Shown here: positions 19,491 to 29,087 of the stretch, one piece after another | How positions within the stretch are numbered: position 1 is the stretch's first letter | How the letters are laid out: each line of letters starts with the position of its first letter | NCBI GenBank assembly: GCA_046045965.1 | Contig: JBJOKS010000024.1 | Location: forward strand, 1 to 64,000 | Length of the DNA: 64,000 bases | DNA from: Cyanobacteriota bacterium | GTDB taxonomy: Bacteria > Cyanobacteriota > Cyanobacteriia > Cyanobacteriales > Nostocaceae | Direction: 5' to 3' | Made by a program: the position numbers and the translations under genes | The notes under the pieces: generated by a model | Databases searched by the model: none | Told to the model about the DNA's origin: nothing | Seen by the model: only the letters and a program-made list of their open reading frames with translations

Positions 19491-20705
19491 TTAGGTGACA
19501 GCCGAGAAAACTCGTCGTTCCCAACGATTTAACATAGCGTTGTATACATCTTTAATTACAGTATTGGCTGCGTAAGGCTGGGCAGTTCTCACACAAGACT
19601 CAATGGCATAAATTTCTGGATGTAAGAGTACATGATCTATAGCTTTTGCTATGCATATTGGTGTACGTTCTTCACATACAATGCCGCTGTCAGGTGCTAA
19701 TAATTTTGGGGTTTCACCACTTTTGGTTGTCACAACTGGTGTTCCACTAGCAAGAGTCTCCAGAACTACCAAAGGTAAACCTTCGTATGCGCTGGAGAGA
19801 ACAAATACACTGCTAATGCGATGTAAATTGGCCAGATATTGAATTGGAATTGCACCTAGCATGGTTACCTGAGCAGACAGCCCTAATCGCGCAATTTCTG
19901 TATTTACTTGGCTTGTCAACTCACCGTCACCTGCAATCAGTAAATGAGTATGGGATTGATTCACTTTTGCGTAAGCTTGTATTAGTAAGATTGGATCTTT
20001 TTGCGGATGTAATCTTCCAGCAAAAAGGATAAAACGTGTGTCTTCATGCAGCCCCAACTTGAGTGCTAATTCCCTCCTCTGGTGTTGCTTTTCTCCTTGA
20101 CTTAATGGATAGAAAATATCGCTATCAAAAGTATTTTTGATATATTCAATGCGATCGCCCAACTGGGGATAACGCTGTTTATAAAATTGGGCTGCATCGT
20201 TGTTGCAGGAAAGAATTTGTTGAAACTGACCCAGTAATAAACTTTCTAATGCAAAATAGGCAGCAGGAAATTTTTGCCATAAAATGGCTTGTTTATCACT
20301 TGCAGTTTTGATCTGAGCATGAATGTCGTTATGAATAAATAAAGTTTTCTCTCCCTGCCAGTTCCAAGTGGCCAGGCTTGGTTCTATGCGATGAAAGTGC
20401 ATAAAGTCGGAAGCAAAACAACTACCTAATAGGGCAGATGTGTATTTTACTGTAGTCGGTATCAGTTTTCTGACGTTATCATTTTCCAGCGTAAATAGGG
20501 GTAGAAAACTAATTGCTCTACCTGCTAATTCTGCTTCTTGCCATTTCTTAACTGGTTGATGGGGATCGCTGCCTGTACCTACTAGTCTGATTTCAAATTC
20601 GGTGGGAGCATATTTAATAAATGTATGAATAATTGTCTGAATTCCGCCAATACTCGTCTTCCAAGGATTGAATTGATAAAATATTGTTAGAGTCGGTTTT
20701 TGCAT
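19491..20705 (-). CDS. Glycosyltransferase family 4, first gene of the EPS cluster
   Basis: GGIQT, AGRLHPQKD, EGLPLVVLE. Confidence 0.92.
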   Translation of the reverse strand: MQKPTLTIFYQFNPWKTSIGGIQTIIHTFIKYAPTEFEIRLVGTGSDPHQPVKKWQEAELAGRAISFLPLFTLENDNVRKLIPTTVKYTSALLGSCFASDFMHFHRIEPSLATWNWQGEKTLFIHNDIHAQIKTASDKQAILWQKFPAAYFALESLLLGQFQQILSCNNDAAQFYKQRYPQLGDRIEYIKNTFDSDIFYPLSQGEKQHQRRELALKLGLHEDTRFILFAGRLHPQKDPILLIQAYAKVNQSHTHLLIAGDGELTSQVNTEIARLGLSAQVTMLGAIPIQYLANLHRISSVFVLSSAYEGLPLVVLETLASGTPVVTTKSGETPKLLAPDSGIVCEERTPICIAKAIDHVLLHPEIYAIESCVRTAQPYAANTVIKDVYNAMLNRWERRVFSAVT

Positions 20706-21170
20706 ATTGAGTTGTATTATTTAGAGGTTTAGACAATGATTATGTAAAAACTCGCATCAGTTTTTATTTATGTTGATCATGGGTGAATATGCACCCCACT
20801 ATAAAAATCGGATTTTTTTCTGGAGGGCAGAAATTTGAAACCTTTGCTGACACATTTTTGTGATTACAAAATACAAAATTTGTCAAGCCTATAGTTCTAA
20901 TTTCTATCTAAAGTAGTAATAACATATATTGCACAGTTAATACTATATAGAAGTTAAATTTTTGACAAACTTCACAATTTTGTGGCTCAAGCTACAAAAA
21001 TTCATTAAGTGTTTTTACACAAACTCTATATTTTACCTGTTATTTACACTTATGACGTAAGCCATATCAACGTATTTTCCTCATACTATTCTGCTCCTAA
21101 AACTTTAACCAAAAAAGATCGGTTTAGGGCATGATGATTGTCAGAAACCTAAGATTCTCAAAATTAAATT

Positions 21171-22223
21171 ATGCTATTCAGTGAAATTGTTAGTAAATTA
21201 AACGACAATATTAAAGCTCACAGTCTCACCCCTAACCCAGAATTAAACCCAGAAATTACCGGAGTTGCAGCTATAGATGAAGCTAGAAGCGGTACTATTA
21301 GCTATGTGGAAGGGGGGAAATTTGCCTCTTTAATCAATTCTACTGAGGCTAGTGCTTTAATTTTACCTCTGGATGAAAAATTGCATCAGCAAGCCACAGA
21401 AAGGGGTATTGCTTGGTTAGCAACCCCAGAACCACGGTTATTATTTGCTCAAGCGATCGCTCTTTTTTATCAACCTTATCAACCTACCCCAGAAATTCAT
21501 CCTAGTGCCGTAATTCACCCCACCGCCAAAATCGGTAATAATGTTTACATTGGCGCTCATGTGGTCATTTCTCAAGGTGCAGAAATTGGCAATGGTGTAA
21601 TTATTCACCCCAATGTCGTTATTTATCCAGAAGTGAAAATAGGCGATCGCACCACTTTACACGCTAATTGTACCATCCATGAACGCAGTATCATCGGTGC
21701 AGACTGCGTAATTCATAGCGGTGCTGTCATCGGTGCAGAAGGTTTTGGTTTTGTTCCTACCCGCACAGGTTGGTTAAAAATGGAACAATCAGGTTATACA
21801 GTTTTAGAAGATGGGGTAGAAATTGGTTGTAACAGTGCAGTTGACCGTCCCGCAGTCGGAGAAACACGCATTGGCAAAAATACAAAAATTGACAACTTAG
21901 TACAAATTGGTCACGGTTGCCAAATTGGCTCAGGTTGTGCTATTGCTGGTCAAGCTGGGATGGCCGGAGGTGTGAAAGTAGGAAACCGAGTCATTTTAGC
22001 CGGACAAAGCGGAATAGCGAATCAGGTAACAATTGGAGATGGTGCGATCGCATCTGCTCAAGCAGGTATTCACAGCAATGTTGCACCAGGGGAAATTCTC
22101 TCTGGTTCTCCTGCCATACCACACAAATTATATCTGAAAGTATCTGCTATTTATAGTCGCTTACCAGATATATATCAATCTCTCAAACAATTGCAACGTC
22201 AACTAAGTCAAAAGTCAGATTAA
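21171..22223 (+). CDS. lpxD: UDP-3-O-acylglucosamine N-acyltransferase
   Basis: Hexapeptide repeats, GAEGFGF, TKIDNLVQIGH. Confidence 0.96.
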   Translation: MLFSEIVSKLNDNIKAHSLTPNPELNPEITGVAAIDEARSGTISYVEGGKFASLINSTEASALILPLDEKLHQQATERGIAWLATPEPRLLFAQAIALFYQPYQPTPEIHPSAVIHPTAKIGNNVYIGAHVVISQGAEIGNGVIIHPNVVIYPEVKIGDRTTLHANCTIHERSIIGADCVIHSGAVIGAEGFGFVPTRTGWLKMEQSGYTVLEDGVEIGCNSAVDRPAVGETRIGKNTKIDNLVQIGHGCQIGSGCAIAGQAGMAGGVKVGNRVILAGQSGIANQVTIGDGAIASAQAGIHSNVAPGEILSGSPAIPHKLYLKVSAIYSRLPDIYQSLKQLQRQLSQKSD

Positions 22224-22237
22224 TTTGATTATGTGTG

Positions 22238-22258
22238 GGACAGGCATCTTGCCTGTTC
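22238..22258. repeat. REP-like palindrome / terminator
   Basis: GGACAGGCA-TCT-TGCCTGTTC; a relative, GTGGAGTGGGCATCTTGTCCGC, lies at 51459-51480. Confidence 0.6.
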
Positions 22259-22394
22259 TAATTTAACACAATTTTGCCTGTTTAACACAATTTTGTGATG
22301 GTTGTGAACAATGAAATTCAAAATCTAGTAACCATTGCTAATTTAATGGTTGAGAAAATTACAGATTTTAATAATTGGTAATTATTCAATAATT

Positions 22395-22907
22395 CTAGCT
22401 ATTGATCCAATCTTCACCCCCTGTTAATTGAGCCAGATAATCATCTATAACATCTGGTAATTCCCGATTTGTATAGTTATAGGTCATTCCTAATAACTCC
22501 GTTGCATTTAATATTAATTGGGCTTTATTTAACATTTGGGAAATTTGTTTTCGTTTTAAAGTACCATGCAAAACCTCTAAACTTGCATCTGCTATTGCAG
22601 GGTTCAGTTCATCTTCTAGGTAAATTTGCCATTCATCTTCATTAACATAATGGGATTTTTTATTATCTTTGAGATTCACATCTTGAATTTCTAAGATAGC
22701 ATTACGAATAGAAGCAGCCCAAGAATTTGTTAATCGCTGTTCTACTTGATTTTTAATTAAATGTATGAGCAGAATCTTTAAAAAAGATTTAATCTGCCGC
22801 AAAATAGCCTTTTTACTCATTCCTTCTAATTCATCAACTATAGCCAAAGCATCGGTGTAACGTCCTTCCATAATGCTATTTCTGAGGTCGATTAATTCCT
22901 GTGTCAT
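22395..22907 (-). CDS. DUF29 family protein
   Basis: ELEGMSKK...LLIHLIK...SWAASI pattern. Confidence 0.8.
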   Translation of the reverse strand: MTQELIDLRNSIMEGRYTDALAIVDELEGMSKKAILRQIKSFLKILLIHLIKNQVEQRLTNSWAASIRNAILEIQDVNLKDNKKSHYVNEDEWQIYLEDELNPAIADASLEVLHGTLKRKQISQMLNKAQLILNATELLGMTYNYTNRELPDVIDDYLAQLTGGEDWINS

Positions 22908-23060
22908 CTGTATTCACCTCAAACTATAAATAAGAGAATATTTATTCAGCCAGTGCATAATTGTATTTTATAGTTAAATTTGTTCATTTGTCTAACTTGA
23001 ATCAGCAGGTTTTGATATATTCTGGAGATACAGCCATCAAAAGCGCGGAGACTGAAAATT

Positions 23061-24488
23061 GTGAAGTTACATAAACCAATATTAGTGGGAGGACTAGGTT
23101 TGTCCTTTTCCCTGTGGATGTTAGACACCTGGCATGATTCAATAGTACAGGTGGGAGAGTTTGGTCTGTTGAGTGCTTTAGCGGTCGGTGGGGGTTTGTG
23201 GTTATTGCAGAAAAACCGCCCCAGTGAACAGCTAAATGATATAGTTGTAGATAGAACATCTGTAGAAAGTGCAATAAATAAAACCGCAGTTGTAATTAAC
23301 CAACTTGCACAAGAAGCAGTTAACCACCCAACCTTATCAAACCTACGCGAACAACTTACTAACTTACGTTTAGAGTTAGATAGACGAGAAATTCAAATTG
23401 CTGTTACAGGTGGAAAGTCTGTAGGTAAAAGTACAATTATTCAAACTCTCAAGAATGTAGAAACTGTATCTACAAACTCTCTACATTTTTCAGAAACAGC
23501 ACCTTTATTTACAGGATTGAGTGAAAATTCCGATGCAGTCATATTATCAGAACTGCAAAAATCTGATTTTGTTTTATTTCTCACCAACGGAGATTTAACA
23601 GATTCAGAATTTCAAGTTTTGCAACAATTAAAAGCCGTAAAACAATCAGTATTGCTGGTTTTCAACAAACAAGATCAGTATATAACAGATGAACGTGCGA
23701 CAATTTTGCAATCCTTGAAACAAAGAATTTCTGGTAATGTAATTGCAACTTCAGCTTCTCCCTTACCTGTGAAAGTCAGAAAACATGAAGCTGATGGTTC
23801 TGTCAAAGAATGGATGGAACAACCAGCACCAGATATTCAAGAATTAACTGCACAATTAACCGAAGTTTTAGCACAACAGAAACAGAAACTAGTTTGTACA
23901 ACAACAATTCGGAAAGTGCTGTTACTGAAAACTGAAGCGAAAAATTGTTTAAATAGCATCAGACGCGATCGCTCAACTCCCATCATAGAACAAAATCAGT
24001 GGATTGCTGCTGCTGCTGCTTTTGCTAACCCAATTCCCGCTTTAGATATATTAGCAACTGCGGCCATTAATGCTCAAATGGTAATGGATTTAGGTAACAT
24101 TTATCAACAAAAAATTTCCTTAGAACAGGCGCAACAAGTAGCCGGAACTATGGGAAGCTTAATGTTGAAATTAGGATTAGTAGAATTATCTACTAGAGCA
24201 GTTACAGGAATTCTCAAAACTAATGCTGTCACCTTTGTTGCTGGGGGAGTAGTTGAAGGTGTGAGTGCTGCTTATTTAACTAGAATTGCTGGTTTAAGTT
24301 TAGTTGAATATTTTGAACAGCAAGAAATAGCATTAGAAACAGGAAATGCTTTAAACCTGGAAAAATTACGCCAAGTTCTACAAACAGTATTCCAGCAGAA
24401 TCAAAAAATGGCTGTTTTGGAAGCTTTTGTTAAACAAAGTGTCAAGCGTTTGTTACCAGAAGCAAAACCAGTTGAAGTTGTTGCATAG
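23061..24488 (+). CDS. YcjF/DUF697 family protein with degenerate GTPase domain
   Basis: N-terminal TM helices, G1-like GGKSVGKS, G4-like NKQD, ANPIPALD. Confidence 0.82.
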   Translation: MKLHKPILVGGLGLSFSLWMLDTWHDSIVQVGEFGLLSALAVGGGLWLLQKNRPSEQLNDIVVDRTSVESAINKTAVVINQLAQEAVNHPTLSNLREQLTNLRLELDRREIQIAVTGGKSVGKSTIIQTLKNVETVSTNSLHFSETAPLFTGLSENSDAVILSELQKSDFVLFLTNGDLTDSEFQVLQQLKAVKQSVLLVFNKQDQYITDERATILQSLKQRISGNVIATSASPLPVKVRKHEADGSVKEWMEQPAPDIQELTAQLTEVLAQQKQKLVCTTTIRKVLLLKTEAKNCLNSIRRDRSTPIIEQNQWIAAAAAFANPIPALDILATAAINAQMVMDLGNIYQQKISLEQAQQVAGTMGSLMLKLGLVELSTRAVTGILKTNAVTFVAGGVVEGVSAAYLTRIAGLSLVEYFEQQEIALETGNALNLEKLRQVLQTVFQQNQKMAVLEAFVKQSVKRLLPEAKPVEVVA

Positions 24489-24512
24489 TTCTGCACCAAA
24501 TCAGAAATTGAC

Positions 24513-24558
24513 AACCCGCTTTCACCGGAGTAATTCCCAAATAAAAGGCGGGTTTTAT
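24513..24558 (+). terminator. Stem-loop terminator
   Basis: AACCCGCTTT...AAGGCGGGTT followed by TTTATTT. Confidence 0.6.
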
Positions 24559-24667
24559 TTGTCAATAAAAATAACTTTAAGGCAATTTTGAACAGATTAA
24601 TAAAAGTGTAGCAGTTATTCTCATAATATCTCTGATATTCTCAGATGTTTACACTATTTGCAAACTC

Positions 24668-24874
24668 ATGACACCTCAAGAATTTTTGGATAATTTAGCT
24701 ACTGCTACTACAGATTCAGAAAAACTCGTAGTTTTTGCGCGATACTTAGATACAACCGCATTAGATCACGCAACCACCCCCAGATGGAAAAGTTTAGCTT
24801 ACAGTATGGAAATTCAATTTGCACTCAATAATTTAGCTTTTCATTTAGAAGCACTTGCTGAAAAAGCTAATTAA
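24668..24874 (+). CDS. Hypothetical protein, 68 aa
   Basis: Stand-alone ORF with protein-like helical composition; no motif recognised. Confidence 0.6.
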   Translation: MTPQEFLDNLATATTDSEKLVVFARYLDTTALDHATTPRWKSLAYSMEIQFALNNLAFHLEALAEKAN

Positions 24875-24995
24875 TGATTTAAAATCATACTTAATAGGTA
24901 TATTTTTCAAATACCTATCAAGTAATTAAATTTTCTCCCTATATTTTTAGATGAACTCTCGTAAATACCTGATTTATCATTGATAATATTATTAA

Positions 24996-25529
24996 CTAAA
25001 GTTGACGATAAACAGCAAATAAAGAATCATTATATTTATGTTCAACTTCAAGATTTGTAAACGCCCAAGCAAATTGATAGGGTTTTTGATATTCTCCTAA
25101 AATATTGATCCGGTTAACAACACCAGGAATTTTGGGTAGACGTTGGGATTCTAAAGGTACATCACAAACAAATAAACCTCTAGCTTTGTATGTTGTACCT
25201 GTTATATTTAAGCTATGATTAATTATGATTGCTACATAGTATTTATCATCAGCAGAATGCAGGACTTTAACTAGGTTATCATGGGTAATCCCAAGTAAAT
25301 GATCTGGTAATTGTAAACCTGCGCTGGTGTCTAAGGGTAGGTTTTGAGTTTTTACCCAAGTGAGAATTTCTTGATGTTTGTTTAATGCTGCTCGTCTTTG
25401 GAAAAAATATTTGATTTCGGCAAATAATTTAATGATTGGGTATATTAGTTGTAGTGCGATTAATATCAAGGTCATGAATATTCTTTGGATTTTAAGCATT
25501 TTTTTACACCTGGTTGTTATAATTGACAT
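24996..25529 (-). CDS. Hypothetical protein with N-terminal TM helix
   Basis: 177-codon ORF in AT-rich DNA, divergent from abiEi. Start may be 25500. Confidence 0.6.
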   Translation of the reverse strand: MSIITTRCKKMLKIQRIFMTLILIALQLIYPIIKLFAEIKYFFQRRAALNKHQEILTWVKTQNLPLDTSAGLQLPDHLLGITHDNLVKVLHSADDKYYVAIIINHSLNITGTTYKARGLFVCDVPLESQRLPKIPGVVNRINILGEYQKPYQFAWAFTNLEVEHKYNDSLFAVYRQL

Positions 25530-25567
25530 TATAAGACATTTTAATTAAAGAATACTTGTAATATACT

Positions 25568-26707
25568 ATGCAGCCTAAACATCCTTGGTTACAAAAATGT
25601 ATACAAAAGTTGGAAGAATTACCTCAAATAGAGACAACAATAACTATAGAACCATTTTTAGAAAACACTCTAGCGGATGGGTTGTTAACAATATATACAC
25701 CTCACAACCAAGTTAAATATTTAGTTGAAATTAAAGCACCCATCACTTTAGACACAGTTGATGCAAATATTAATTATATCAATCATCTGAATAAAAAAAT
25801 TAGCAATGATCAGAGAACAATACTAATTACAGACACACTTTCTGATACGGTTGTAGATTTATTACTAGAAAACAATATAGAATTTATTGACACTACAGGT
25901 AATATTTACCTTAACAATCCATCACTATATATTTTAGTTAGAAGTAGTTCAACACAAAGCAAAAAATTACTATCTGCTCCTAAAATTACTACCAGCACCC
26001 TAAAAGTTGCTTATGCTCTACTTCAAGATCCAAGTATTTTACAATATCATAATTTAGAACAAATCGTAAACGTTGCAGTTGTAGATTCTACGACTGTGAA
26101 ACTCAGTCTTTTAGAAATAATAGCGAATGTTGCGGGAGTTGATGCTAAAACTGTAAAACGCAGTTTAGAAACTTTGTATCAACTGAATTATTTACAGCGT
26201 CAACGCAGTGGAACATATCGAATTGAAAATTACACAAAGCTCTTAGAAAGATGGGAAATGGGGTATATAGAAAATTTGCGTCCAGAACTTTTGATAGGTA
26301 CATTTAGTCCCAGAGAAAATATAAATATAGATTTTAACGACATAACTCACCAAATACTAAAAATAGCCCAAAATCAAAAAATTATAATTGGAGGAGAATT
26401 AGGCGCTGCAATTGTCACAGGTTATTTAAAACCAATCAGCATGACTATTCACATTCCCGAAGAAGATAATTATCGTGTGATAACAACCATGTTGCATCTC
26501 AAACCAGACCCCAGGGGTAATATTATCATTTTGAAGCAATTTGGTAATAAAAATCAGCCTAAATATCACTCATCTGAACCTGTAGCAGACCCGTTACTTA
26601 TTCATGCAGAATTGTCTTTAAATCCAGATACAAGACTCAAAGAAACAGCTAAACGTTTGTATGAAAAATATATTATTGTCAGACAAGAAATTGCGGAAAT
26701 AGTATAA
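25568..26707 (+). CDS. Type IV toxin-antitoxin antitoxin, AbiEi-like (AbiEi_2)
   Basis: FIDTTGNIYL, central HTH, LLERW, GGELGA, ADPLLIHAEL...D.R..ETA. Lies 2 bp upstream of a nucleotidyltransferase gene. Confidence 0.8.
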   Translation: MQPKHPWLQKCIQKLEELPQIETTITIEPFLENTLADGLLTIYTPHNQVKYLVEIKAPITLDTVDANINYINHLNKKISNDQRTILITDTLSDTVVDLLLENNIEFIDTTGNIYLNNPSLYILVRSSSTQSKKLLSAPKITTSTLKVAYALLQDPSILQYHNLEQIVNVAVVDSTTVKLSLLEIIANVAGVDAKTVKRSLETLYQLNYLQRQRSGTYRIENYTKLLERWEMGYIENLRPELLIGTFSPRENINIDFNDITHQILKIAQNQKIIIGGELGAAIVTGYLKPISMTIHIPEEDNYRVITTMLHLKPDPRGNIIILKQFGNKNQPKYHSSEPVADPLLIHAELSLNPDTRLKETAKRLYEKYIIVRQEIAEIV

Positions 26708-26709
26708 AC

Positions 26710-27552
26710 ATGAAAAACTCATATCCTCAAATTGACACAGAAACTAAAAAATTCCTCATTGATTTTAAATCTATCATTGATTCCTTAAAAGTTCCTATGC
26801 TGTTGATAGGCGCTCAAGCAAGAATATTAATATTTGATAGTCAATATAAAGTTCAAGGTCGTGCAACTAAAGATTGGGATGTAGCAGTAAAATTAGATAA
26901 TTGGGATAAATATAATCTGCTGATAACCAAAATGACAACTGGAAATAATCCTCTATTTAAGAAAACCAGAGTCATTCACAAGTTTATTCATATTGAAACC
27001 GGACTAGAAGTTGATGTTATTCCTTTTGGTGATATTAGTAAACCAAAACAGGAAATTAACTGGCCTGATGGTAATCAAATGAGCATTTTAGGTTTAGAAG
27101 AAGCTTTTGCAAATACCGAGATTATAATAATTGACAACGTAGAAATTCGGTTAGCTGATATTGATGCTTTTATAGCTTTGAAACTACTTGCGTGGAATGA
27201 TAGAAAAGAAAATAAAGATTTAAAAGATATTATTGCAGTCTTGCTAAAGTCTCCTAATGAAGAAGATGAACAGCGTGTTTATGATGAATTTATTGATGAG
27301 ATTTTAGAAGGAAGATTTGAAGTAGATGAAGCGGCTATTATTTTTATAGGTAGAAATATTAAAAATAAATTTAAAAGTGAAACTTTTAACAAAGTCAAAG
27401 AAATTGTATATATAATATTGGAACTTAAAGATAAATATATTTCCGAATGTATGCCTAAAACTTTAGATGCTCAAGAATGGGATGAAACTTTTGATAAAAT
27501 AGTGAAACGATTTGAAGCATTGCAATATGGGTTCACTAATTTTTCTGAATGA
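26710..27552 (+). CDS. AbiEii/AbiGii-like nucleotidyltransferase toxin
   Basis: LIGAQAR, RATKDWDV, VDVIPFG, ALKLLAWNDR..KDLKD. Confidence 0.85.
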   Translation: MKNSYPQIDTETKKFLIDFKSIIDSLKVPMLLIGAQARILIFDSQYKVQGRATKDWDVAVKLDNWDKYNLLITKMTTGNNPLFKKTRVIHKFIHIETGLEVDVIPFGDISKPKQEINWPDGNQMSILGLEEAFANTEIIIIDNVEIRLADIDAFIALKLLAWNDRKENKDLKDIIAVLLKSPNEEDEQRVYDEFIDEILEGRFEVDEAAIIFIGRNIKNKFKSETFNKVKEIVYIILELKDKYISECMPKTLDAQEWDETFDKIVKRFEALQYGFTNFSE

Positions 27553-27667
27553 ATGATTGATTATAGTAGGTTACACTTTTTTAAGTTATTAATTGATTTA
27601 TAAGAAAATCTCACTCACGCAAAGAAGCAAAGGCGCAAAGATTCAAATCTTGCACTACGCAACTAAA

Positions 27668-27785
27668 CCGCCTACGATTGAAATCGCAGGCTAATAGCCA
27701 AAGTCCACTAAAGTTGACTGAACAGCAATCTTTAGTCTACTAAAGTAGACTTGAGCTATGAGACAGGGAATTAATTCCCTGGCGG
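27668..27785. mobile_element. ~120-bp multi-hairpin non-autonomous element (REPIN/MITE-like)
   Basis: CCGCC...GGCGG termini. Hairpins: CCTACGATT/AATCGCAGG, AGTCCACT/AGTTGACT, AGTCTACT/AGTAGACT, CAGGGAATTAATTCCCTG. Confidence 0.65.
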
Positions 27786-27874
27786 ATTATGATGTTCCAT
27801 ACATCAAATTTGATTTACAATGTAGTTCAATATAACTGCATTAGTCAAATTTTTCCATCATACTTAGTTTATTA

Positions 27875-29062
27875 ATGACTATTAAACCCTCTATCTTCTC
27901 CTTTTTCTCCGGTTCAGGATTCCTAGACTTAGGCTTTGAAACCACAGGCTATAACATCGCTTACGTTAACGAAATCTTCCCGCCTTTCATGTCCGCATAT
28001 CGCTATTCACGGGAACTTCTTAAACTCCCACAACCGGAATATGGATATCATCAAGGTGAAGCCGCAGACGTAAGCAAATTAACAGAAGGCACACCTGCAC
28101 AACGCCTCAATGAATTAGTCAAAGATTCCCGTAAATCAAATAATATAATTGGCTTTATTGGTGGTCCACCTTGTCCCGATTTTTCTGTCGGTGGAAAAAA
28201 TAAAGGACATTTAGGCGATAATGGTAAACTATCAGCCTCTTATATTGACTTGATTTGTCAAAACTTACCCGATTTCTTTTTATTCGAGAATGTCAAGGGT
28301 TTATGGAGAACTACAAAACACCGGTTATTTTATGAATCATTCAAAATAAAATTACAACAAGCAGGTTATATTTTAACAGAACGGTTAATTAATTCTATTG
28401 AATATGGCGTACCTCAAGATAGAGATAGAATTATTTTAATAGGCTTTAAAAATGATTTTCTCAAAGATATAGGAATAAAAGTTAGTAACTATGAGGTACT
28501 TCCTCAAGATGCTTTCCCTTGGAATAATTGTATTTTGTATCCTCAAGAAAAAGTTTTTGCCTACCCTTGGCGTAAAAGTGACCCCTTTAAGGAAAATTCT
28601 ATATTTCCTTGTCCTGATGGTATTCCTGAAGAACTAACTGTTGAATACTGGTTTAGAAAAAATAATGTTCTGAACCATCCCAATGCTGAAGATTATTTTC
28701 AACCAAGGGCAGGTATCGTAAAATTTACTGTTGTTGATGAAGGCGATGATTCTAAAAAATCTTATAAGCGTCTTCACAGATGGCGTTATTCTCCTACCGC
28801 TTGTTATGGCAATAATGAAGTACATTTACATCCCTACAAGATTAGGAGAATTTCCGTTGCGGAAGCGTTAGCTATACAATCTGTGCCTGAAAATTTTGTA
28901 CTTCCAGAGAATATGTCACTCACCAATAAGTTTAAAACTATTGGTAATGGTGTGCCATACTTAGCAGCAAAAGCATTATCTCAAAATATTCTTGACTTCT
29001 TGACAAAGAGAGTTCTGTTTTATGAAAAGGAAATAAAACAGCAATTATCCTTACCATTATAA
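27875..29062 (+). CDS. DNA (cytosine-5) methyltransferase of a type II R-M system
   Basis: Motif I FSGSG, IV GGPPCPDFS, VI ENVKG, VIII QDRDR, X IGNGVP. Confidence 0.95.
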   Translation: MTIKPSIFSFFSGSGFLDLGFETTGYNIAYVNEIFPPFMSAYRYSRELLKLPQPEYGYHQGEAADVSKLTEGTPAQRLNELVKDSRKSNNIIGFIGGPPCPDFSVGGKNKGHLGDNGKLSASYIDLICQNLPDFFLFENVKGLWRTTKHRLFYESFKIKLQQAGYILTERLINSIEYGVPQDRDRIILIGFKNDFLKDIGIKVSNYEVLPQDAFPWNNCILYPQEKVFAYPWRKSDPFKENSIFPCPDGIPEELTVEYWFRKNNVLNHPNAEDYFQPRAGIVKFTVVDEGDDSKKSYKRLHRWRYSPTACYGNNEVHLHPYKIRRISVAEALAIQSVPENFVLPENMSLTNKFKTIGNGVPYLAAKALSQNILDFLTKRVLFYEKEIKQQLSLPL

Positions 29063-29087
29063 ATATGTGAGACAATGTGATAAATAT

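Noticed and set aside
22262..22295. TTTAACACAATTTTG direct repeat as an att site or target-site duplication
   Set aside because: The copies are only 4 bp apart, so a local slippage duplication is sufficient; no integrase is present.
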